Source: an uncultured Poribacteria bacterium (lineage in GTDB: Bacteria; Poribacteria; WGA-4E; WGA-3G). From it: a stretch of 64,000 nucleotides of DNA. The stretch is from the NCBI GenBank assembly GCA_951813545.1, contig OX638352.1, positions 4,867,966-4,931,965 of the forward strand, read 5' to 3'. The position numbers and the translations under genes were made by a program. The notes beneath the pieces were generated by a model. That model saw only the letters and a program-made list of their open reading frames with translations. It was not told the origin of the DNA and did no database searches. Positions within the stretch are counted from its first letter, which is position 1. Each line of letters begins with the position of its first letter. Positions 51,413-59,993 of this stretch are shown here, in pieces.

Positions 51413-52816
51413 TTATGATGCATCATCTGCATCTGATGTATTCTCTTCTTCGTATTCTACATAACCGTGTTCTTGTAACCAACTGTGGAGTTGTTCGTAA
51501 ATCCGAAATAGCAGTAGGTCGCGTGTCTCTCGCCACGGCGTAAGGTTGAGGTTATCGCTCGCGGGGAAAAGATATTCCATGTAATCATCAATTGAAAATA
51601 AGGGTTCCGGTGCACCTTGTTGAATCCTTTCACGGATGACATAGCGTAAAATATTTCTACATTCACCGTAACTTTTTGCCCGCTCTAATTGCTTAAGCCG
51701 CTTATCATCTTTAGATTCCTGGATGCACTCAGAAATTAGATTTCCGACCTGCTTAATTTTTTCAACTCGTGTTTGCTCCATAGTTCTAACCTCCTGTAGA
51801 TAGAGGGAAAATAGTTCCCAGTTGCTGCGTGTTTTCCGCGCGAGTTTATCAATGAAAAATCCACGTATTGATTTATCCTCTAACAGATTATTATAGACTA
51901 AATTTGTCGATTTTTGATAAATCTCGGTTGGGTTTGTCTTATCCGAATCAATATTTTGAAACCCTTTTTTTGTTTGTCTCCTATAACCACTTCTGACAAT
52001 TAGATACCAGTTTTTGGCATACTGTGCCCGATGTGCATAGCGCAGAAAATTAAAGACCCTTGCTGGCAAGTGATACAGGTCTAATTCAGCTTTCCTATTA
52101 TCATTGGAAAAACTGTAAACCTGCATCGTAATATTCCCATCTGATCGTGCTTTTTCATACTCGATCATTTTCCTTACCATATAGAAAAGAGCATTTTGAG
52201 CTTTTGATTCCTTTGGATCAAAAAATCCCGTAAATTCGTTTCGGGACCCGCGACTAATAACATCTTCAATACAAGTTCTCGTCCAGTAACTTATGGCTTT
52301 CCAAGAATTTGAGTGTAAAGCTAAAAACTTTCCTCCACTACGAACAAATCCTAACGGTGCCAATTGGATAGCAAGCGCACATGCAGCACAATAACCAACG
52401 CCCTCTGCGAATAAAGGGAAGAAATTTCGTAGACTTCCAGAACCCGTGAGTGGAACTTCTGTCTTCTTAAGATGAAAATCCGCACTTCGCCTACCACATC
52501 CCATGCAATCGCCAGTATCACCCAGATCGGTAACTTTACAAAGTTGATGGAACCATTCTGATTTAAGTTCTTCATTAAGGCTCTGTATGCCTTTTTGGAT
52601 TTTGCTATGCTGGGTTAAGGTGCTGTTTGGAAAAATAAATCGGATTTGAGTGCGGTATTCGGACTCACAATAAAGCGGTACAACCTGCTGAACGACTTCT
52701 TGTAAATCTTCGACTGTAATTTCATTTGGCTGCGGGTGCCCCCCTAGCCATTCACAAATCGCACATACTCCGGCATCAACAAATGGATTGCCCATTAGTT
52801 TCTCATATATTGGCAT
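51413..52816 (-). CDS. cas8b: Putative Cas8b-like large subunit (divergent)
   Basis: 467 aa, in the large-subunit position between cas6 and cas7. It has a Cys-rich segment (CMGCGRR...CAACALA). Similarity is weak; assignment is by position. Confidence 0.45.
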   Translation of the reverse strand: MPIYEKLMGNPFVDAGVCAICEWLGGHPQPNEITVEDLQEVVQQVVPLYCESEYRTQIRFIFPNSTLTQHSKIQKGIQSLNEELKSEWFHQLCKVTDLGDTGDCMGCGRRSADFHLKKTEVPLTGSGSLRNFFPLFAEGVGYCAACALAIQLAPLGFVRSGGKFLALHSNSWKAISYWTRTCIEDVISRGSRNEFTGFFDPKESKAQNALFYMVRKMIEYEKARSDGNITMQVYSFSNDNRKAELDLYHLPARVFNFLRYAHRAQYAKNWYLIVRSGYRRQTKKGFQNIDSDKTNPTEIYQKSTNLVYNNLLEDKSIRGFFIDKLARKTRSNWELFSLYLQEVRTMEQTRVEKIKQVGNLISECIQESKDDKRLKQLERAKSYGECRNILRYVIRERIQQGAPEPLFSIDDYMEYLFPASDNLNLTPWRETRDLLLFRIYEQLHSWLQEHGYVEYEEENTSDADDAS

Positions 52817-52986
52817 AGCATTTATCTCCTTTCAAAACTACTATAAATATATTATATCCTGTTTACTAAATTAAGTAAAGTTAAAATTTATTTAGGTTTC
52901 TGCCGCGCCGAAACGAGGCGGATTTTGAGTTTTCACCGCTCTACCTAACCTACGGTTATACCTCATTTTTTATTCTTCAACTCATG

Positions 52987-53385
52987 TTAATTGAGCATTA
53001 CTTCCTTCCAAGCAGTTTTACCGAAGGGGACTGCGAATTCGGTTATTATCACATTCTCATCAAAGCCATGTTTTAATTCATCTTCAAGTTTCAATCCGAA
53101 TTGTGCGTCAGGCATTCGCCATTCAATCGATCGCGGGTGTAGATCATTATAGATCTCTACAACATGGATTGGATGTTTCTTTCTTAAATATGCCGTGTAT
53201 ACAAAAGCTTGCGTTTGATGATCTATGAACAAGTACGGTATTAGATATGCCACTCCAAGTTTGGTGAGGTAGTTGGGAACCTCGTTAGTTCTATTTGCGA
53301 CAGTACAAACAAAACCGAAAAGATTGCATTGATTCCATGCAGCAATATATTCTTTGGAAGCCTTCATAATTTCCTCCAAGTCCAT
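52987..53385 (-). CDS. Hypothetical 132-aa protein, possibly NTF2/SnoaL-like fold, inserted in the cas operon
   Basis: The N-terminus MKASKEYIAAWNQCNLFGF resembles SnoaL/NTF2-like starts. It is embedded in an AT-rich segment between cas6 and cas8. Confidence 0.35.
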   Translation of the reverse strand: MDLEEIMKASKEYIAAWNQCNLFGFVCTVANRTNEVPNYLTKLGVAYLIPYLFIDHQTQAFVYTAYLRKKHPIHVVEIYNDLHPRSIEWRMPDAQFGLKLEDELKHGFDENVIITEFAVPFGKTAWKEVMLN

Positions 53386-53590
53386 TCAGTAAAAATTCGG
53401 TCTGCATCCCATAGCAGGTTACTATATAACACTCTAATCTTAATTATACGCGAAACAACTTTATTTGTCAAATATAATTCCATTTTTTTTTAATTTAGTA
53501 TAACTTAACATAACAAAGGATTTTTTAATTATACGCGAAACAACTTTATTTGTCAAATTTCTTGATTAATTCAAAGGGTACTCCAATTCC

Positions 53591-53674
53591 AAATTGGTTC
53601 GATTAAAGATAAACAAAAAAGCGCGTTAGTATCACATAACAAAACAAGTTTCTATTCCATACTGGTTCGATTAG
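53591..53674 (-). CRISPR. Orphan mini-array: one truncated and one near-complete copy of the CRISPR repeat with a 39-nt spacer
   Basis: aaattggttcgattaaag (53591-53608) and gtttctattccatactggttcgattag (53648-53674) match the array repeat. They lie in AT-rich, leader-like sequence downstream of cas6. Confidence 0.6.
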
Positions 53675-53787
53675 ATTATTGATTTCACGTTATATTAGAC
53701 GTTTCACATTTAAAATGGTTTACAGAAACTTTTAAAATATGTGTGTGTGGTCCTCAGCCATACATAAACCCACCCTCATAGTAGGTC

Positions 53788-54540
53788 TTAGACTTCTGCC
53801 ATCCCGAAACCGGCACTGTTTTTGTCGCCGAAACCACACTCGTAGCCGGTTTGGATTAATGCGGGACTTCCAGAGACACGGAATGGACACATCATTCCCT
53901 TTATCTTGATTCCTTTGTAGTCCACCAGACGAGTGACGCGTCCCTGTCGTCTGTCAATGTAGTCTTTATCAAAGGCGAAGGTCAGGGTATCGTCGTGGGG
54001 GACGCGAGCGTGGATTGCTTCGTGTTTGCGGATTAGGTTTTGGCGGATGAGTTCGGAGAGTACTGGATCGTCGGGTAGGCAGTAGTGCATTGCTTGCTTG
54101 CCGTCTCGCTCGCGCTTAGTGGACATTACAATCGGGGAGAGACATCGGAAATGCATTTCTGATTGGAAACGGGGGATACGCGGTATTGTGACATCCGTAA
54201 TTGGCAACCGACGCTGCCCAATGGATAACCGTCCCTCGGTTAAGAGTGTATTGGCGAAATGGGAGAGAAAGCGTTCTACTGGCGAGGAGACGTACCATGT
54301 TAAAGTTGAACGGAAATGGATTTTGTCACCGGTGATGCGTCTGCGTTCTGCCATTAATTGGGAGAAGGTGAAGAGTTTGAAACGTTTCTCGGCAGCGCGG
54401 TAGCCTTCCTCATGTAGAAAAGAGGCATACTCAGGGTCGGATTCGGCGAGGAAACGATAGATGACACCGGCGAGCAGGTGGTTGTAGTTAATGGGTAGGG
54501 TGAGTCCGTTCCCGACATCGGCAACGATTTTGATGCGCAT
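53788..54540 (-). CDS. cas6: Cas6 endoribonuclease
   Basis: 250 aa with a C-terminal glycine-rich loop GFGDKNSAGFGMAEV typical of Cas6. Confidence 0.75.
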   Translation of the reverse strand: MRIKIVADVGNGLTLPINYNHLLAGVIYRFLAESDPEYASFLHEEGYRAAEKRFKLFTFSQLMAERRRITGDKIHFRSTLTWYVSSPVERFLSHFANTLLTEGRLSIGQRRLPITDVTIPRIPRFQSEMHFRCLSPIVMSTKRERDGKQAMHYCLPDDPVLSELIRQNLIRKHEAIHARVPHDDTLTFAFDKDYIDRRQGRVTRLVDYKGIKIKGMMCPFRVSGSPALIQTGYECGFGDKNSAGFGMAEV

Positions 54541-54587
54541 TGGGTTATCTCCGTCAAGGCTATTATTATTGAGACGCTGAGGGATCG

Positions 54588-54715
54588 GGCGAGGTTAGAA
54601 ACCTCGCCAGCAGGGCGGTGGATGTATCCTCTCATTTTTCAGGCGAGCTTTGGGTTTCACTACGTTCAACCCAACCTACGATGCCATCCGATGCGGTTGG
54701 GAAACCGCACCTACC
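54588..54715. repeat. BIME-like cluster of three different REP-family hairpins upstream of cas6
   Basis: Family 1 ggcgaggttagaaacctcgcc (54588-54608); family 5 ttgggtttcactacgttcaacccaacctacgatgcc (about 54643-54680); family 2 gatgcggttgggaaaccgcacctacc (about 54683-54710). Confidence 0.6.
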
Positions 54716-54736
54716 GTGATTGTAAGGATGAAAAAT

Positions 54737-55243
54737 TTATATCCCCATGCGGAGGGCAACGGCGGCGAGTAGGATCAGTAGTGAAACAACACCCATCAGA
54801 CTGGACACTATTGACATCTGGGAACGGAGTGGTTTCACCTCCGGCGGAAGTTCTTCAAGTGTGGGATCTAAAGTCTCAATTGCTGCTGCCAATCGCGGTG
54901 CGAAAAGCATACTGTGCAATGCCGTGAGGATAACCAGCAGAAAGAAAAGTCCGATTTTGATTATGAATGTTCGCATAAACGCATTGGGAATTGGGGCGAG
55001 AGAGGTGAGATCCAAGGCATAGAAAATATTGCCGATACCCGTGAAGAACAGCACACCGATACAGCCCCACACAACAGGTTCAAACCGTTTCCCTATCTGC
55101 ATCAAGAGTTGGATGCGTTGGACAGGCGGTAGGTTCTGTCTGAAATAAGGAACAATCACCATCGCCAAAATGAGGTTACCACCGACCCATACAACAGCGG
55201 CAATAACGTGTAGCCAAAGAACTAAGAGCCAGAATATTTCCAT
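54737..55243 (-). CDS. Polytopic membrane protein (CopD/DUF-like)
   Basis: 168 aa with four or five TM helices and a motif WLHVIAAVVWVGGN. Confidence 0.4.
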   Translation of the reverse strand: MEIFWLLVLWLHVIAAVVWVGGNLILAMVIVPYFRQNLPPVQRIQLLMQIGKRFEPVVWGCIGVLFFTGIGNIFYALDLTSLAPIPNAFMRTFIIKIGLFFLLVILTALHSMLFAPRLAAAIETLDPTLEELPPEVKPLRSQMSIVSSLMGVVSLLILLAAVALRMGI

Positions 55244-55432
55244 TTTTATTATTCCTTTTAATAGTTGTCAGTTAAAGAGGGGTTTGACCTAATCAGAGAC
55301 CTCAATCATTCGTTTGCACAGCCTAACAGGCTATGCTACAGTTCCTTTTAAAGTTGTCAGTTGTCAGTTATCAGTTGTCAGTTAAAGAGGGGTTTGATCT
55401 AATCAGAGATCTCAATCATTCAGGAGGACAAT

Positions 55433-57193
55433 CTACGTGGCGTGAGCGTCTTGGTGGTTTTCAATATCGTTGATAACACCGTCCACGCGGGTGATTAGAT
55501 TATTCCGTTCGTCTGAACTGAGTGGTACAGGTGCGAAACGGTGGTAATCACACTTCGTGAGGAGATCGACAAGTTCCTCAATAATAGGTTCGGAGACCTG
55601 TGCGTGAGTACACATTTCGCGTGCCGTGTCAATATTGCGTTCTGAGAGTGCGAAAGTATCTTCAAGGTACTGGTAAAGCGTTTGCGCGAGTGCATTGGCG
55701 AAGGTCGTTCCGGTGTCTGTCGTGTCGCTACGTGCGAGTGCCGCGAGGGCATCGTGCGCCTGTGAAACCGGTGTTACCTGCTCTCCTTCGGCAGGCTGCG
55801 TTTTTTGGTTTCTTGGTCCACTACTGTCAGGCGCGCGTGTTCCCGCGGAGTTGTTTATCCGTGCCTTTGTAGGCATCACAAATCCGGTGCGATACCAGAG
55901 ATACCCACCGACCGCCAATATAACGAGTAGAACTGCGAATAGGATTAACCAGCGAATCCATGGTGAACCGTCCGTATCGTCAAGAGTATCGTTCGGGTTC
56001 GGACGCACGGAGATCGGGATAGGGGTTGTCTCCGTCGTCGCATATACCGCACGGCTTGGATCGAAGTAGCCATACTTAATCGCTGGGATCCGCAAGGCAC
56101 CTGTTCGAGCAGGGGTCAGGACGTACGCGTAACCCCGATTTGTTAACGTAGAATCTGCCACGAGATTGGGTCCGCTCACCATGACCCCGGCGATTGTTGG
56201 CAGTTTGGGTGGTGTGACCGTCTGGATGTTGCCGTGTCCAGAGATACGGACAGTGAACGTTAGCGGGTGTCCAACTTCAATCCAACCACGCTCAATTTCA
56301 GCAGAAATTTGATATTCACCGATAGCACCGTTGAAGTGAGGAGGTCTGCCTGTTTCGGGAATCGGTTGCACCGTCAGTGTCAAAGGTTTGGTTTTTAAGG
56401 TTTTGCGTCCTTGCGGGAGTGGTAGTAGAAGTTCAGCAGGTGCGAGAACGATCTGTCCGGCTTTCTTCGGATATAACTTATGTGTGTATTCCTCGACCCA
56501 AAATGTTCGCCCACGAATTTGCTGTGTGTATGTCGGCACCTTTTGAAGTGTCTCAACGAAGAAATCACGGAATGTCGGGAGGCGCGGAGTTGGGGATTCA
56601 CGAGTTGGAAGAACTGTGGTGTAGAGGTGTCGGAAGGTATACGTAAAGGGTGCATTCAGGTAGGGCTGTGACGTGTTGACCTCTGCTTCAACTTGGTGGA
56701 TAGCGTTGGTTGAAACATCTATGTATGTGTCAGCACCGCTCACCCGGATCGAACCCGGATTTGCAAAATAGGCGTTACCTTGGTAGGCAAAACGGATGTC
56801 GGACAGGGCAAAATCCCCCACTGCTTGCGGAATCAATTCATAAACCCATGCCATGGAAACAGCAATCTTGTCTGATTCCAATCGCGGTGTAGTTTCTGAA
56901 TGCAGTGGCACTGCGAGGAACGCAGGTAGGAAGTTGAACTGCGGTGCCTCAATATGTTTGATGAAGGTTTTTCCCGAAATCGTGAGGTCCAACCTTGCCT
57001 TCTCCCCGAATTGGATGTGGCGAGGACTTATGATGGCAGCGACATTAATCTCTTGGCTTTGTGCCTGTGTTGTAAGAAGGATGAAAACGATGCCGACGAA
57101 AAAGATTGGAAGACTCTTGGTTGGAAGAGTGGAAGAGTGGAAGAGTGGGTACCCATCCTTCCATCCCCTTCTTCCCTTCTTCCATCCTTCCAT
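55433..57193 (-). CDS. batD: BatD-like protein (aerotolerance operon family)
   Basis: A signal/TM N-terminus, a large extracytoplasmic domain, a C-terminal TM (WIRWLILFAVLLVILAVGGYLWY) and a cytoplasmic tail, as in BatD. Start placed at M47 of the ORF. Confidence 0.5.
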   Translation of the reverse strand: MEGWKKGRRGWKDGYPLFHSSTLPTKSLPIFFVGIVFILLTTQAQSQEINVAAIISPRHIQFGEKARLDLTISGKTFIKHIEAPQFNFLPAFLAVPLHSETTPRLESDKIAVSMAWVYELIPQAVGDFALSDIRFAYQGNAYFANPGSIRVSGADTYIDVSTNAIHQVEAEVNTSQPYLNAPFTYTFRHLYTTVLPTRESPTPRLPTFRDFFVETLQKVPTYTQQIRGRTFWVEEYTHKLYPKKAGQIVLAPAELLLPLPQGRKTLKTKPLTLTVQPIPETGRPPHFNGAIGEYQISAEIERGWIEVGHPLTFTVRISGHGNIQTVTPPKLPTIAGVMVSGPNLVADSTLTNRGYAYVLTPARTGALRIPAIKYGYFDPSRAVYATTETTPIPISVRPNPNDTLDDTDGSPWIRWLILFAVLLVILAVGGYLWYRTGFVMPTKARINNSAGTRAPDSSGPRNQKTQPAEGEQVTPVSQAHDALAALARSDTTDTGTTFANALAQTLYQYLEDTFALSERNIDTAREMCTHAQVSEPIIEELVDLLTKCDYHRFAPVPLSSDERNNLITRVDGVINDIENHQDAHAT

Positions 57194-57212
57194 CTTTCCA
57201 TCCTTCTGAAGT

Positions 57213-57845
57213 TTACCAATCCCTTGCCCGTCGATATCCACTTTTTCGCTGTTCCTGTAGTAATTTTTGCCGTAACCTATTTTCATTCTCACTAAAACGT
57301 TCCAAGAGTTGAAGTGCTTCGGCTTTGCCAATGTCGTTGGGTTCTGTTTTCGGTGGAGCGTCCTTGTTCGCCTGCTGTTGCTGTGCGAGATCTTGCTGCT
57401 GTTTCATCAGTTGAAGTGCTAATGCGAGGTTGTGTTGGGCATCGACATCTTGAGGGTCTAAGCGGAGTGCGTGTTTGTAAGACTCAATTGCACCGGCAAG
57501 ATCGCCTGCTTTAAATTGGGCGTTTCCCAAGTTGTAATAGATATAAGCCTGATGTGGAACGTTCTTGGTTTGCCCGGTGTGCTTTAGCAGCGACACCTGA
57601 AATGCTCGCGCAGCCTCTCTAAATTTCCCCTGTCTGTATAGGACAGTGCCGAAGTTATAGTGTGCGGTCGGACTTTCAGGTTTGTCAAGCGTTGCTTGTT
57701 GAAAGGCAACCCGTGCTTCGTCATAGTTCTGACGTGCGTACGCCTCGTTCCCAGCTTTCATAGTCCGCGTCCAACCCCCCACCCATCCGACGAGCACAAA
57801 GACGAAAATAGGTATGAATGAGCAACGGAGTATTCTGTTCCACAT
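57213..57845 (-). CDS. TPR-repeat protein (BatC/BatE-like)
   Basis: An N-terminal TM followed by TPR repeats (AHYNFGTVLYRQGKFREAARAF, IYYNLGNAQFKAGDLAGAIESYKHALRLDP). Confidence 0.6.
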   Translation of the reverse strand: MWNRILRCSFIPIFVFVLVGWVGGWTRTMKAGNEAYARQNYDEARVAFQQATLDKPESPTAHYNFGTVLYRQGKFREAARAFQVSLLKHTGQTKNVPHQAYIYYNLGNAQFKAGDLAGAIESYKHALRLDPQDVDAQHNLALALQLMKQQQDLAQQQQANKDAPPKTEPNDIGKAEALQLLERFSENENRLRQKLLQEQRKSGYRRARDW

Positions 57846-58046
57846 ATCTTTATTATATCAGATGCTTTTGTGGTTTGCAAACAATTATGGCAGGCGATTT
57901 ATGTGGAAGGGCGAGGATACAATCCTCGCCAGCGAAAACGGAAGGGTGATGCAAAAAGTATGGCGAATTGCTGTACACGGTGGTACGACAATTCGCCATG
58001 GCGAGGTGTCCTTAGAACAAACGCCTATAAAAATAATAAAGTGTTA

Positions 58047-58877
58047 TTATTTCTGTTTAAGGTCCGCCCAAGTTGTTGCCAATTTTCCAGTGGGTTCAAC
58101 AGCAGTCAGGGGCAGAATTTCATCGAAGAAACTGTCCTTATCAGTTGCGGCATCTGGATAGATTGTAACAGCGTCGTTCGTTGCATCGTCAAAGTGAAGG
58201 TTGAAATATGCGGAACCGCCGGATTCACCACACCGGTAAAGAAGGACGTTCGCGCCTTTTTGTAAATCGACTTCGACGTTGTGAAGAATCGTTCGTGCGG
58301 CACCTGTCCACCTTGTATTGTTATACCATTTTTCGCCATTAAGCCAAATTTGGGCGTGATCGTCGTGTGCGGGCGACATTACAGCTTTCATATCACTCGG
58401 CGAATCGATAACGATAATAGCATAGGTATCAAGATTATCAACGGGTCCGCCTCTGTTCATATTATCTCCATCAGCAGGATCAATTTCAAAGACTGTCCAT
58501 GCACGAGTGCCGCCGTGGTCATCGCCCCATTCCATATCAATGTCCTGTGTCATAAGCAAACCTTCCATCGTTGAAAGTGAGGACTGCGTCAGTTTACCGC
58601 CGCTCCCTTCGTCAATGAAGTCCATCGGACCGGAAACTTGGAAGGTTCCATTGTTTTCGTAGTTGCCGTCGGGTCCGTACCACTTCGTAATCCACGTTTC
58701 TACGTCACTGTGATCTTCTCTGAGGCTGTCATCGTTGGGGTCTGGATCTTCTAAGAGTTGGTCTTCAGCCAAGGGACCCCCTTGGATTAGGTCAGCCGCA
58801 AACACATGGTGTGAGCCACTGATAACGAGCGTGAACATAATCCCAATTGCGAGTGCTAACGTATAAAATCTTTTCAT
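58047..58877 (-). CDS. Secreted hypothetical protein, paralog 1
   Basis: Signal peptide MKRFYTLALAIGIMFTLVISGSHHVFA. About 70% identical to the 59170..59992 gene. Confidence 0.5.
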   Translation of the reverse strand: MKRFYTLALAIGIMFTLVISGSHHVFAADLIQGGPLAEDQLLEDPDPNDDSLREDHSDVETWITKWYGPDGNYENNGTFQVSGPMDFIDEGSGGKLTQSSLSTMEGLLMTQDIDMEWGDDHGGTRAWTVFEIDPADGDNMNRGGPVDNLDTYAIIVIDSPSDMKAVMSPAHDDHAQIWLNGEKWYNNTRWTGAARTILHNVEVDLQKGANVLLYRCGESGGSAYFNLHFDDATNDAVTIYPDAATDKDSFFDEILPLTAVEPTGKLATTWADLKQK

Positions 58878-59169
58878 TTTATATCCAATATCCTTTTTTA
58901 GAGATTAAAAACTAAAGTCATCAGGACGCGTTATAGGCGACCTAATTTTCTTTATCAACAGATTATATAACGTTGAAACAGCGTTCAACATTACAAATTA
59001 TTATAACATCTTAACAGAAGTTTGTCAAGGGACTATTAGTTACATATTTGCAAACTGGACGGGAGTTGGGTTTCTCTGCGTTCAACCCAACCTACAATTC
59101 CGTTCGGTCCCCCTCCCAACATCAGAAAAAGCCCCTGTCTGAAAAGGCTGGACAAGGGCTTTCGTTTAA

Positions 59170-59992
59170 CTAACGGTTCCGTTTAATATCTGCCCAGAGC
59201 GTTGTCAATTTTCCAGTCGGATCAACGGATAAAACCCCAGCAACTTCACTGAAGAAGCTTTTCTGGTCTTTCGACTTGTCTGGATAAATTTTGCAGGCTT
59301 TGTGGGTGGCATCATCAAAGTGGAGGTTTATATACGCGGAACCGCCGGATTCACCAACTCGGTAGAGGACAACATTGGCACCTTTTTGTAAATCGACTTC
59401 GACGTTGTGAAGAATCGTTCGTGCGGCACCCGTCCACCTGGAGTTGTTGTACCATTTTTCGCCGTTAATCCAAATTTGGGCGTGGTCATCATGTGCTGGA
59501 GACATGATGGCTTTCCTCGCTGCGGGTGCATTAATAACGATAATACCGTAGGTATCAATGTTATCCACGGGTCCGCCTCGGTTCATATTGTCTCCGTCTG
59601 CCGGATCAAGCTCAAAGACTGTCCACTCTCGTGTACCGCCGTTAGCCTTCTTCCATTCCATATCAACGGTTTGTGTCAGCTGCAAACCGGCGACTGTTGA
59701 GAGCTTGGTTTCCGTGAGTTTACTACTTGTGCCCTCATCAATAAGGTCTCTCCGAGAAGAAACCTGAAAGCTGCCGTTGTTTTCGTAGTTGCCATCGGGC
59801 CCATACCACTTGGTAATCCAAGTGTCAACATCACTGTGATCTTCTCTAAGGTTGTCCCCGTTGGGGTTTGGATCCTTTAGGAGATCACCTTCCGCCAAAG
59901 GTCCATCATCGATATCGTTTGCCTGCGCGAATGCGAGGTGCGAGATGCTTACAACGAGTGCGAAAATAATCGCTGTCGCAAGCGTAAATTGA
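59170..59992 (-). pseudogene. Secreted hypothetical protein, paralog 2, split after codon 6 by an IS701-like insertion
   Basis: The body reads ...FTLATAIIFALVVSISHLAFAQA... without an in-frame ATG. The missing 5' end, ATGAAAAGATTTTATCAA (MKRFYQ), lies on the far side of the IS at 61086-61103 (minus strand). A 5-bp direct repeat TTGAT flanks the IS. Confidence 0.6.
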
Positions 59993-59993
59993 T

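Noticed and set aside
49633-54540. Alternative subtype assignment (type I-D or I-C)
   Set aside because: Cas3 is a single HD-helicase fusion. Cas6 is present, and the large subunit is about 470 aa rather than a roughly 1000-aa Cas10d. This fits I-B.
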